A stretch of DNA of 64,000 nucleotides. It comes from Geosiphon pyriformis uo1. Lineage: Eukaryota > Fungi > Glomeromycota. The stretch is taken from contig JAAOMT010000183.1 in assembly GCA_016748015.1 (NCBI GenBank), positions 698,787-762,786 on the forward strand. Direction: 5' to 3'. The notes beneath the pieces were generated by a model, which saw only the letters and a program-made list of their open reading frames with translations, was not told where the DNA came from and ran no database searches. Shown in pieces: positions 27,101-39,800 of the stretch. Position numbers and translations under genes: made by a program. How positions within the stretch are numbered: the first letter of the stretch is position 1; each line of letters starts with the position of its first letter.

Positions 27101-28791
27101 CAAATGTGGTTTGTATTTTTTCTGGATGTGATTTGTCTCTGGATGGCTCTCTGGCCAGTGCTTTTCATCTTTGGAGTGGTACTTCTATGTCTCTAGTTCT
27201 TGGCAAGGCAATTTTCTTCAAATGTGTCTCTTTCCTCAGGCATTATGGTATAGCTTTTGTAGAACAGCTTTGTGACCAGAATAGCATTGTTTTTGATTGG
27301 AAGACTTTCAAGTATTAGAAAAGACTGGACTCCCGTGGCTTAGTTCCCTTCTGGTTTGATTTTTCTGTACATTTTCTTGGTGGTGTGGCTTCTCCTTCTG
27401 GTCATTTTCTACATGAGGGTGTTTGTGGCTTTTTTGACATCTGTCAGTCTCTTGGTTTTGGTGTTATTTGTAATGATCTGTTGAATGTTAGTGCCACCTG
27501 CCTCTCTGTGTACACAGATGGGTCTCTGAGTAACTTGGGCACTGTTGACATGTTGGCTGGTACTGCAATTTTCTTTAAGGACATTGATTCAGGTCTGGGT
27601 GTGGGGGTTTTTGGTTTGGTTTCTTCTACTTTGGTGGAGTTGCAGGCTATTGCTTTAGCTCTTAAGTGTGTTCTTTCTTTTCATTCAGTTGACTTGTTCT
27701 TGGACAGCCAGGTGGCTTTAGATGCTTGTAGGTCGGAGTCTTTATCGGTTGGCCCTGATTTCAGAAATCATTGTTGGATTGAGCATCATCACATTGCCAA
27801 TGTCATTTGTCACAAAAATTTGGATGTTAATTGAATTAAGGTTAAGAGCCATTCGGGTGTTTTAGGCAATGAGTGGGCTGATGCACTTGCTAAGAATACT
27901 GCCCTTTCTGCCTGACACCTGCCCCACTTGGTCAATGAGAGGTTTTTAAAGACTGGTGTTGATACGGTTTCTGGTAATTTGAAGCATTTTGTTTGTGACA
28001 TATTCAGGTCTATCAATCGTGTGCATTGGGAGATTGGTTCTGGTTCTTGGGTTGTTTCAGGTTGTCTGTGTGCTGATATTGACTAGTTGAGATTTTCTTT
28101 GGTGTGGCACCCAGATTTCCACATGATGACTGGTTTTACTAATATTCGGACAGTTGGCTTTCGTACATATTTTATAAAAGCCCTTTATCATTGTCTTCTT
28201 GTTGCTGTGCAAAAACATCTGTATAATAGGGGTTATTCCAGTGTAGTTTGTTTGTTTTGTGGCGAGATTGAAGTCTTAGACCATGTCTTTTCTTGCTCTT
28301 CTGATGTTGATAGTCATGCCGGTTTGTTGGACACTTATGCAGCTGCCTGGGAAGTGCATTCTGGTCTGTCTCATTCTTCTTTGTGTGTGTTATAGTTGTT
28401 GTCGACTTGTATTTTGGATGTGACTGTCAGTATAGCCCTGTGTAAGAGCTTTGTTTTCGGCAATTGGTATTGCGAGTCTGTTTCTGTTTACAAAGATCTT
28501 AAGGTGGCAGTGATCAATGTTGTGAATTTTATACATGAGTTTTGTTTTGCATTTCATAATAATATCTGGCTGGTCCATGTGAAATACTGGGCCATTATAA
28601 AAAAAAATAAGCTGATTCCATGTGATGATTTTATTCCTGTCACTGTTTCTGGTTTTTTTACGTGGTTTTTAGCTGGGGTGATTAGGTTGTTGGATGTTGC
28701 TAATGCATTTGGCATCAGTTTTGGGTATCATAAACATTTTTTGTTTTATGCAGGTGTTGGTGACATGGCTTCTGTTCATATAAGTGCATAG
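24103..28791 (+). pseudogene. LINE ORF2: APE endonuclease, RT, RNase H, C-terminal zinc finger
   Basis: IATCNVHG, GGDFN, TNHKAV; PIALIE, QDMRKAYNSV, AFVDDT; YTDGS, ELQAI, SHSG..GNEWADALA; CLFC..H..C; all fragments in one frame. Confidence 0.93.
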
Positions 28792-29489
28792 TGTTGTTCT
28801 GACCAGTCAGAGTGTTTGGTCACATGTAGCAAAGGCATGATTTGCATCTAGTTTAGATCATTTGTATGATGTATAGCACTAGGTGGCATTTGGACTTCAC
28901 TCATTAAACTTTAATAATAAAAAAAAAAAGTTATTTTTATTAATTAAATTTATTATTAAGTTTAGCTTTTTAATTTTTTTTATATAATATTGATAAAAAT
29001 TGTGTATAATTTAAATAAAAATATAATAAATTTTTAAGTAAAATATAATTTAAATACTTTATTTAATAATATAATAAATATTAATAATACAAATTTTTTT
29101 GTTAATAAAAAGATTTTTGGCAAAATAATAGTTTTATAAAAGGTTTAAATATTAAATTTAATGTAAATATAACTAAATAGATAAGCAATTTAGTTAAAAA
29201 TAACAATAATTTTATTAATATTATGTATAAAATAAGCAAATTAGATAAGTTTTTTGTTATAGATTTAATATAGTATAGTTTTGACTATTTTAAATAACTA
29301 GTTATATGTAAAAAATACATAATTATACTTATTTTAAAGCATTATTTGCTGTATTGTAATATTTAATACTTGGATCACACTTGTTAATACATAAAAATAA
29401 AAATATGATTAAAAAAACAATTAACTAAAAAATAACAATATAATAGAATATATTAATAATATGCTTAAAAAATAATAAAAAAATTTAAG

Positions 29490-29785
29490 TAGGGAATTGC
29501 TAAATCGACCCATCCGCAACACGTGATATTAATATATATAGAGTTTTAATATTTATTTATTAGTAATTCTAATAAATATTAGTTTAATTAAAATAAAAAA
29601 TTACTTTTTCTTATATAAAATTGAATATAGATTATATATTTAATTTTTTATTATGCCTTAAGTAATTTATAGTGTTTTATAATTAAAAAACACTTCGTTG
29701 TGGACAACCATAATATTCGTTAATACGAAACTATGATGTAAAATGATATCACGTGTTGTGGGTGGGTCGATTTAGCAATTCCCTA
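29490..29785. mobile_element. MITE with 40-bp TIRs (TAGGG termini, hAT-like)
   Basis: TAGGGAATTGCTAAATCGACCCAYCCRCAACACGTGATAT at both ends with 2 mismatches; flanks AATTTAAG and AATATAAT match 6/8. Confidence 0.85.
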
Positions 29786-30011
29786 AATATAATTTTTGTC
29801 ATTTGCCATTTTTTCATGTGTTCAAGTTCTGATGCTTTTTCAAACATTCAAAAAAGACATTTGAAGTAAGGTTTGTTGATATGACTGCTAAAAAAGCAGC
29901 ACAAGGATTTTCTATGTTTATTTAATAGCAAATAATTTTATTTATAAATACAAACAACGCTAACAAATCAGCAGTCATCTCTGACCAATAATAACCCTCA
30001 AGTCGAAAGTT

Positions 30012-30021
30012 CTATATAAAA
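30012..30021 (+). promoter_or_regulatory. Candidate TATA box of the chromodomain gene
   Basis: CTATATAAAA about 90 bp upstream of ATG 30109. Confidence 0.45.
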
Positions 30022-30108
30022 AACTGTGTTCCAAGCTTTTGAGTTTCGAATATTAATTGAAGATTAGGGTACGTCCTGGCTGTCATCTCCCTAGTGAAAA
30101 GATTGACC

Positions 30109-31859
30109 ATGGCTAGCTCAGAAGTTTATGATGTAGAAGAAATTCTAGGAAGAAGATTTAAAAATGGCCGTGAAGAATATCAAATTAAGTGGATAGGTAA
30201 AGCGTAAAATCTACATAAAACTTCTTACCACTCTGTGATAAATGGTTTAGATTTTTTTTAGGTTATGAAGAAACAACTTGGGAGCCCCGATCGAACCTAA
30301 ATTGCCCAGAAAAACTTCGAGCCTTTTTAGATCAGTTAAATCCCCGAGCAAGTGAAACTCGCAAAAAACTCGAAGCAATTGGTGACGGTGAAGTTGAGTC
30401 AGATTCTATTATATCGTCTGAAACTCAAAGCTCTTCGCCATCGGATGATGAAATTGAATATTTATCGAAACCACAACCTTCTGATAATGCTCGAAATGAG
30501 TTTCTACATAAACTTAAGAAAAGAGTGAAACCACTGGATCATAAGAAGCCCTTAGAATCATCACAACACATTTCCCGAAATCCCCTTTCCAGCTCTAGTA
30601 ATTTAAAAAAAATACCCCAAAAATTAGGGGGAAAAATCCAAAAAAAAGTTAAACAACAAAAAAATCCTCGAAAAACTAATTTAAGAAAAGAAAAGGGAAA
30701 AGGCAGTAGTGATGATGTTGAAAAAAGCCCAGATGAAGCAAGAGGATCTATAACCAATCAATACTACAAGGAAAATCCGGATAAAAAGATACAAAATGGA
30801 AATAAATCCAACATTCAATCAACCAAGATGAATAAATTCTACTTAGAACCTGATGCTAAGGTTTATTCCAATGTTAGAAATCCGCTTCAAGTGAATGAAC
30901 CACAGCCAGGCCCTTCAAAACCATCTGAGATTTCACAAAAAAACAGCAAAGCGAATTTACAATTCAATCAATCAAAAAGAGCCCAAAAAACTTCAAATTT
31001 TAACTCGGACAATAAAGATAATGGAGGCGCGTCAGATGAGGATTTTATACCTCATGAGAAATCAATTAAAATACGGGAAGGTGATATGCAGAAAACAAAG
31101 CCGGCTAACCAAGAATGGAATCCCTCGAGCAACGAAGAAACGTTAAAAAAGAAAATTTGGGGGATGCAAGTGGCAAAAAAGACTACCAGAAACGAAACAA
31201 TTTTCCCCATGGAATGGGAGCGCAGTCTTCCCGAGACAACCCTGTATAGAAAATGGGAGGGTAATTTATACAAAGGAAAGAAGCAAAATTTTGTTTCTCG
31301 AGTTGAAATCCATCCTCTAACTGAAAAATCGGATGAAGGACTTTAGTAAGTAGAGGTTAAAATTTTAAAAAACCCTTTCATTGCTTCAAATTTTTGGAAG
31401 TTGAGTCTGATTTTTTATTTGGCTAAAAGTTCTTCTATTCAGCATGAGAGGAGTTTAATAATCGCTTCCATTATACCTGAGAATTATATTATAAGCCTTA
31501 GAAAATCCATATTTATACCTAAAAACTTACATAAAATGAAATACGTTGGACGGGGGGATAAATTCGAAAAAGAAATTTCGAGACTGAAGTGGAATGGAAT
31601 GGTATACATTGCGAAAAGTGTTTATTTATTTTTTTAGATTGTATTAACGAACCTAAATTGCATTTAGATAGCCATGGTTTGGATACCTATTGCAGAACCT
31701 CGGGATCTCTTGATAATATGCCCAATTACTCCGGAAATATGCCAAGATTTTGATATTAAATTTGAGCCAAGCGAATCCTGCATTTTATTCCGCTTACCAC
31801 TTAGTATGGTACCCCCACGACCATTAAAGCAATCACGAGTGGTCCACTGGAATATCTGA
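30109..31859 (+). CDS. Host gene: N-terminal chromodomain, long disordered linker, C-terminal SPOC-like domain; exons 30109-30196, 30262-31345, 31430-31601, 31668-31859 (~511 aa)
   Basis: EVYDVEEILGRRFKNGREEYQIKWIG/YEETTWEPRSNLNC; three short GT-AG introns with compatible phases; joined length 1536 nt with no stops; CpG retained. Confidence 0.85.
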
Positions 31860-32899
31860 CAAAAATTCAGACAGTACAATATCTAGATACATCCAAATAT
31901 TAGAACAAAAAGACATTTAACAATAATCCGGGTCTTTTACTTTACATAAAAATATTCAAACAAACGTAATTTTACTAATTAAGTGTTCAGAGCTAAGAAA
32001 AGGCAAATTCCAAATTTAAATATAATGATTAATAAAAAAGAGCACTCATTTTCCAGTTGACTTTCTCTAATTCAATCTTTTAATATTGTGAAACGATACA
32101 GTCCCTAAGGCGATTATGCTTAGTCTAGTTGCATATACAAAAGAGGGACTTATATAAAGTGGATACGCTGGATGAATTGCTCAAGGAAAGCAAATACATG
32201 CAACAGAGTCAAGAAAATGATCAAAGCTTTGCAAAAAGCTGATGTGGTGTATTGACTGATGTCACGTGTTTATTTTCGTTCTCATGAATTCCATTTAATA
32301 ACAGCCGCCTGAAAGATTCAAATCCCATTAGTTACATTTCAATGGTTTGGGCAATAACTTGGTAGATCAAGAACCCTTTTCTTGTGGCTTAACTTTTTTT
32401 GGCATATAATTACAGATTTTAAATTATATTTATACACTAATGAAATTCGATGAGGCCTATATATATCTTTGAATGAAACTTTGTTTACAGTAACAAGCCC
32501 AAAAACACGAATCTTTAATAAATTGATTAAAAGAATTCAAGATAATTACATTTTTCACACAATTTTATTGAAAATTCTAAATTATTTTAATTATACATAT
32601 ATATTAAGCCCGAAAAAAATTTGCAAGCACAAATTAACAATTTTTGTATTGAAAAATCTTTAAAAACACTTAAAAGTTAATATTTTTTACTTTAGATAAA
32701 ATTTTTCTACTCTCTATTTTAAGTACAATAATTAGTAAACTGTAGATAATTGATATGTACAATATTTTTAAAAAGTAATATATTGTTTACAAATGGTTGA
32801 TATTTTTTCATTTAATTAATAGTTAGTTGAATTTTTTTTAATTTTTTTTGGTGACATAATTTTAAATCTTCATGTCTTTTTTTATTATTTTTAACAGTT

Positions 32900-32960
32900 T
32901 TTAAATCTGGGATGGCTAGTTACATGTAGAAAACGCGTGAGTCACGGCTATTTTAAGATC
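32900..32960 (+). mobile_element. Short LINE 3'UTR remnant (stem-loop motif)
   Basis: GGATGGCTAGTTACATGTAGAAAACGCGTGAGTCAC resembles the 3'UTRs at 28812, 14170, 33940 and 36350. Confidence 0.55.
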
Positions 32961-33889
32961 TTTGAATTTATGTCATAATTAAAGCATATAAAAAAATTAT
33001 TAGTTGATTATTAATTATAATTTTATTTTGCATTATTATTAATTATTTGTTTTAGAAAATTTTTATTAATTGTTTAATTTATGTTAATTATTATTATTAA
33101 TAATAAAGCTTTGGGGTTTTTTGTTTTTAGATTTTATGTTTACAATTAAAACAAAAAAACTAATTATTAATTTTTTAATATAATTAAAAACTAAATAAAA
33201 AACTTTTTTACATTTTTATAATTATAATCAAAACAAAAAAAAATAAATCTTATTTTTTTATAGTTTTAATAATAAAAACAACTATATAGTGTTTTATTAC
33301 AAATATAAAATACTTTCTTTGGCTTTAAATAAAAGTTTTTTTATTTAAAAAAATTTTAAACTATTATATTAAAAGCAACTTTAATATAGTTGTTATTATT
33401 ATAAAAAGCTTTAAAATTTTTAATTACAAACTAATAACTAATTGTTATTTCTTATTATTAATTTTTTTTATTTAAATAATTAAAAAATCCAAAAATTATT
33501 AATTAAAAAATAACAATTTATAAATAATTTAAATAGAAAAAAATTTAGATAATAGAAATTACCAAATTGCAATAATAATAATATTATTATTATTATTAAA
33601 AAGTAAAATTTAATTACTAATTAATATAATAATTAAATATCTTAAATTATATATAAATTACATATTTTTTATATATAATCAATTATTTAGGCCAATTAAA
33701 CCAATATTATATGTTTATATTAATAATAATATAATTATTTAAATTAATAAAAAATAAATAAACTTATATGTTTTATAAACAATACTAAACAAATAAATAA
33801 TATTATTTAAAAAAATTAACAAAAAATTATAAACAAAAATAAATATAATTAAAAAGTTTAATAAGCAAAACCCAATTATTAAATAGAAA

Positions 33890-36096
33890 TTAGGAACAAA
33901 CTAAGTATTTTAAGACTAAATGTGGTTCATGTGCTTTCTACATGTAATTAGCTATTCAAGTTTAGACTATATTATGTTAATACAACAGAAAAAAACTTAC
34001 TCAAAGATAATATTTTTTAAATAATACTAAACAAAATAATACTATTAGAAACCAATTCAACCAGTTATTTAGCCATTTTTAAGAGATTAGTTTTGATATA
34101 AACAGATGCATGAGCCCAAAAAAATATTAAGTTAAAAAATATATCATTATCTACACCAATTAGGTATTCTAAATCATCAGATATATCAATATTTTTTATG
34201 CAACACTTTTTTTTTAAAAAGATTATCTCTCTTTTCAGCTTATCTATAGTTTTACTAAAGGAACTCATATGCACCAAAATCTTATTGATTCTAAAACCAA
34301 GAGCACTACTTAAAACCAAATTTCCATTAATGAACTATTCAAAAGTTGTAACCAGAGAGCCAATAAATTTAACAATAGATTCAACCAAAACAGAAAGCTT
34401 AGTTAAATTAAATTCCAAAGAAAACAATTAGGACAGCATTAAAAAATTACCAACAACAACTAAAAAAAAGGCAAAAGATGACAAAGATAAAAATTCAAAG
34501 GAGCTCAAAGAAACAGAAACTTTAGCATAAAACTTAGGGCCAATAAGACATAGTGTAAACATCTTGGAAAACTTAAAAGAGAGAGATAGAAAAACTTTAC
34601 AGTTCACAGCCAGATAGTTTAATTCTTAATACTTAAAACAATGCTGACAACCAGGGGTTTTCTACTAAATATGGCACTTCCTCAGTGTATTAATTTTGAC
34701 AACAGCAGAATTCAAATCAGCTTGGAAACTGAATGTAATCAGAGCAAATTAGAAATAATGACCAAACTTAAGAAAATAAGAAATAAAACATGTCTGACTA
34801 CCAACTTGAGAAATCATATTATTAATTTCAAAAACTGTGTAGCCAGAAAAAAAATTGACCAATTTGGCCTTAAACTTATTATAAAACAGAATAGTTTTAT
34901 TTTGATTTATTAAGAAAAAGATCCTAATACTATTTTTATTTACCAAAACTAACCAATAATTCATAATAAACATAGCAGAGTTCAACTTATTAAAATAAAC
35001 AATCACATACTGCCAAATACCAGCAGGCTTCAATACAACATAGATAACACTATTAAACACATTAAAAGCTATCTTAATATTAGCAGCAGACATATTTAAA
35101 GGCATATTATACAGCATAACAGCAGCAGAAAAGAAACCAAACTCAGCAACCACCAAAGACTTGGCAATTTTGAGAGTAGCTAAACAAACAAAGCTTGTAA
35201 GTTCAACTAAAAATACAACTTTCAAAAACACTTGAAAAGCAAACTCCATACAGAAAAGCTTTATATTGTCTTTTAACATTGATTTTACATTCAAAAAACC
35301 ATATACAAATTAAAAAACAGTTTTAACATAAGTCAATTTGATCTTAAAAATAGCACTAGGCACTAGAATAGAGGCCATTCACTCAGCAAATCTTTAATAA
35401 CTAGCAATGGTTTTCCAAGCACTATTAGCAGCAGTACCAAAAACCAGAGAAAGAGATAATTCAATTTCTATTTGGTTAGTTCAGTTTTTAAGAACAGATG
35501 ACATCACAGAAGATAATTGATTTGCTTCTAAAACTGGTAATGATCTGCTGAAAAACACTATATTTAGCAATACAGCCAGTAGTTAATCTTGGTCTATCTT
35601 AGATAATATGCCAGATAATACTATAAAATCTCACCTAAGATCTTACTAAAAATTACAAAAAAATTTGGTGTAATAATAGCAGAAATAAGTAACTGTTCCC
35701 ACTTTTCTGAACTTTTGGTCTTTTTAACTATTTTTTAGAAGAGGTAGTACTAGTAGCACTAGGTGTTAAAGCTATAAAAAAGAAGACCAGCTTGTTCACT
35801 GGTCTATTATTAAAAACTTTTGGGCTCTTAATTAAAGTGGAGACAACACTAGAACTAACCCAAGTGTGTTTCTTTGAGAAAACTTTGACTGGTAAAAAAC
35901 CAGCCAAAAATGAGAAAGTTGCTTTAGTAGCTACCAAAGGCAGCTTTTTATGATTACTAAGTAAAGAAAAGGCTTCTAAAACGTTTTATCTGATTGCTTC
36001 TACAACAGAAAAAGCTCTTTTGGTTAAAATTTTATTAGGTATCTTAGAAAAAATATTAGGTACAGCTTTTTTATTTTTTGCTCTGATTGTAGTCAT
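33890..36096 (-). mobile_element. Decayed non-autonomous LINE derivative: ORF1-like frame (36096 to ~33972) followed directly by a LINE-type 3'UTR
   Basis: LYNMPLNMSAANIKIAF..LKPAGIWQYVIVYF resembles the ORF1 RRM at 22990-23120; no ORF2; 3'UTR motif at 33912-33960. Confidence 0.7.
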
Positions 36097-36259
36097 AAAA
36101 AAAATTAAATATAATAAAATTTTTAAAAACCATATTATTATTTTTTTTACATTAATTTTATGTTTAATTTTATATAATTATATATTATTGTAATAGTTAA
36201 TTATTAAACTTTAAACAAATTTAACCAACTTGAAAATTATAATTTTAATATTATTAAAT

Positions 36260-37597
36260 ATTTTTTTTTTATTAATAAGTAAAGTTCAACTGCTATTTAG
36301 TACATAAAACCAAATTAAGTAGCTCAAACTAAATGCAACTCATATACTTTCTATATGTGGCTAGTTATTTAGGCCAGACAAAACAATATTATGTGTCTAT
36401 ATAAATCATTATTTTACTATTTAAGTTAGAAAAAAACAGACATAATCTGTGTTTATCAAAACTAACAACAAATAATTCAACCAATCTTAAAAAATAAACC
36501 ATACTAACAAGCCAGCTATTAAGTTAGCAATCAGATCAAACTTCATATTTTTATTATTTATTAAACTTGTTTTCTTTATATTTGTCTTAAACTTGAATCT
36601 AATAAGCTTAATCTTTAAAATAACAAAATTTTACCAACTGCTTCATAAATACAATTACAATATTTAAAGCGTTTTTTCTGTTATTAAAAGCTATCATAGT
36701 TTCTAAATATCAATCCCTTAACACAAACTTTTTACAAATTATAGCATACAAATTTACATTAACTGAATATTTAGAAAGAGTTTTAAGCATAACAGAAAAG
36801 AAAAAAATACAAACACTCACCAAAAAAATCCAAATGCCAGAAAACTTAATCAAAATTTTTCTATAAATAACAACATTTTTAGAACAGATAAAAACATAAT
36901 CTAGAAATTCTATCTTCTTATACAACAGATACAGTACTTTAAAATATCTCTTATTCTACAGTCTTTTTTTGATTACCATAAACAAGTATCTATGTACAGC
37001 TTTTATTAAATATATATGCAAATTGACAAACTCCTTGTTTATAAACTCAGAAAGTATGTGCAAATTAGAATACCACATTTTTATAGTAGACTGCCAATTT
37101 ATTATCTGAATCAATTTATTTGAAACTATATTTTGGCCAGAATTATTTTTTATTAAGCATAAAATATAGATATATATATATTGTAGATAAAGTAATAAGT
37201 ATTGCCAAAAACAGTTATGTTTTTAACAACAATAAAATATTTATAAATCTTACTTAGCAAAAACAAGAAGGAGTTTTACAGTTTTATCTACTATTCAATT
37301 TATCTTGACATTGCCCAAAATATCTGAATAGCTTTTAATCTTAATTTATTTAACTATAAAATTCTTGTCTTTTATCAAATTAGCAATATGTCTTTTTTTT
37401 ATTTAGTATTAATTGTAAAAATCTGGTTTATTAAGCTCAGTTTTAAATATACATACATTAATAGCAACTTAACTATCCAAATACAGAGTTACTATACAAG
37501 AAAACAAAATGTATTCTAAAAACAAAACAACAGTCTGCAATTTGGTCATTGTAAATAATAAAAGACTATGTACTTTAATACCAATTCTTATATCTAC
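36260..37597 (-). mobile_element. Decayed LINE 3' portion (RNase H, zinc finger, 3'UTR, A tail), cut by an LTR
   Basis: Reverse complement resembles 27590-28920; T-run at 36261-36270. Confidence 0.75.
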
Positions 37598-37982
37598 TGT
37601 TACAAATAAACTTGGTAAGATATTGTGATAATATTTGGTGCTTTAAATTTGGATTAAAAGGAGCTTAAAAATTTTTATTCTAGATATTTAAGATGAGTTA
37701 TTGCTATTAGTCTTTGAAAATTTTTTGCTAGTTTTACCCATAAAGTTTTTTGGTTATAAGACACAAAAAAGTGTTTGATTGTTTGTAATTTATGTATATA
37801 AACTATTTTTTTCAAACTAGTTGAGAGTAGTTGCTAGGGTTTAACAGTGTTTTTTTGCCTTTTTGATAAGCTAATAAGATAATATTATTATCTAATTTTA
37901 GGAGGAGCTTTTCTTTTTTACCAGATTATTACAAAGTCTATTTTTAAACAGTCAATTTTACAATATTACCATTTTACAAGAA

Positions 37983-38013
<31 letters not shown>

Positions 38014-38198
38014 TAAAAAAAAATTAAATTAAATTAAAAAAAAATAAAAAAAATTAGTATTATTAATTGTCATGACCAAGAATAATTGGTTTAAATTATT
38101 ATTGTTCAAGACATTTTATGTTAAAAGCATTTAGCCAGGAATAAAAATAAGAAAATAATTAGTTTAAATTAAACACAAAAGTTATGAATTATGTATAA
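37598..38198 (-). repeat. E-family LTR fragment interrupted by copy C
   Basis: Inverse homologue of about 50820-51386; begins TGTTACAAATAAACTTGG. Confidence 0.8.
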
Positions 38199-39800
38199 TA
38201 TTATTGAAAATTTTTAGTTTCTTTTCTTGAATGTTGTTAATATTTGTTTGTTGTAAATTTACATTTTTTAAAAGTTAATGAATCTCTAATAACTGAATTT
38301 ATCTTTAAATTATCTCCTATAATTTATATTGCTGAACTTATAAATGAAATAGCTAATTCTATACCAGTTATTTTGTATAGTTACATTGTAGTAAATATTA
38401 ACTTTTTTCTAGGAATTGCTTGTCTAAAAGCTCACTAAAATATATAGTTACTTTGCTTTAAAAGTCAACTTTTCTACAAAAATTTTGTTTGTAGACTACT
38501 CTAATGTTTATAATAAAAAAAATAAAAAAAAATAAAAAAAATATAAAAGAAAATAGAATTTTATTAAAAAAATCGTTTTTCTATTTAGGCCTAGAGTTAC
38601 TAACAAATTTATTGAAATTGATAGCTAATCAATTTCAAAATATTAGTTGGATTTTAGAGAATTATCAAGTATAATAATCAAAGATTAAGTTTTCAAGTAT
38701 TTATTTTTATTGATTTGTAGAGATATGTAAAAGAATAATTGCTTCTAACTACAATATCTAAAATAAAAGATGCATTTTCTTAAAGAAAAAAGCTTTTTTT
38801 TATACAACTTGTTATAGTACTAGTTTATGAACTTGAACTTTTTTCTTTGCTATAATTTTAATAAACTAAAAATACATTTTAGCAAACTACAAGTTATTTT
38901 GATTAATTATTAACTATTTTGAAGAATTATTCATTATTTTAGCAAATTTCTACAAATTTTGGTAATAATACAAATGGGATTATTAATTAAATAGTAATTT
39001 TTGATAATTTGATTAAATAATAAGTAATAATTTGAAACAATATTAATATATGCTAATTAATAATAGGAATTATAAGAGTAATTTTATGCTAGTTAATAGC
39101 TAAAATTCTACTGGTAACATAATCTCTTTCTTAAGACTGAGTTCTATTAAAATTCAAGTATTATCTGTTATATTGAGATAGTAATCCAAAATAATTGTGG
39201 TAATTTGGTCTAAAAATTGTTGAAATTTCAGTTCTGTGAGTTTGCCAATATATTAAATCTTTGTTAATTGTAGTATTGGATTTTGTAAAACATTTTCACA
39301 AATGTTGAACAAGTTATAGAGTCTAAGTGTTGTTTTAAGTTTATAATAAATGTTTGTTAGTCCAGCTGTTGTTTTGAATTTATTGTAAATTTGTTTTTGT
39401 ATTGTTTTAGGAGTAAGAGTTGTTGCTTTAAGTTCCAGTTTTCATTTATAAAATGTTTTTTCAATATAAAAATATTTATAAATAAGAGTATATTTATTGT
39501 TTTGTTTATTGAAAAATAGTAGAAGTTTTTGTAAAGTTGTAGTATTTGGTAAAATATCAATAAGAACAATTAAAAAGTTTTCTTTTAAAGCTTGCTTCAA
39601 AAGTTTTGGTAATTGACTTCCAGAATAACTTTTTGTTTTTCTTTTATAAAGGTAATACTTTTGTAAATTAAGTACTATTGGTGTTGTAGTTTTTTTTTGA
39701 ATGTAATTAATTTGACTTTCATTAATTGTTATGAATAAGCCAGAAAGTGTTTTTAATGCTAACATTAATTTTTGGAATATTTGCTGAATATTTTAAGGAA

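Larger units (their letters stand above)
22169..28926 (+). mobile_element. Full-length non-LTR retrotransposon (LINE): ORF1 plus ORF2 (APE-RT-RNaseH-Zn finger), 3'UTR, A tail; candidate TSD AAAGTTATTT
   Basis: AAAGTTATTT at 22159-22168 and 28927-28936; (TAA)n/poly-A tail; domain motifs as in the next two features. Confidence 0.93.

Noticed and set aside
32200-32262. C/D box snoRNA
   Set aside because: CTGA is present but there is no canonical RTGATGA C box or terminal stem
32960-33890. Extremely AT-rich tracts (also 28930-29480) as functional elements
   Set aside because: No recognisable structure; probably terminally decayed repeats
32900-33970. Inverted pair at 32910 and 33940 as TIRs of a MITE
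   Set aside because: Both match LINE 3'UTR motifs, so two convergent LINE ends explain them better; no TSD
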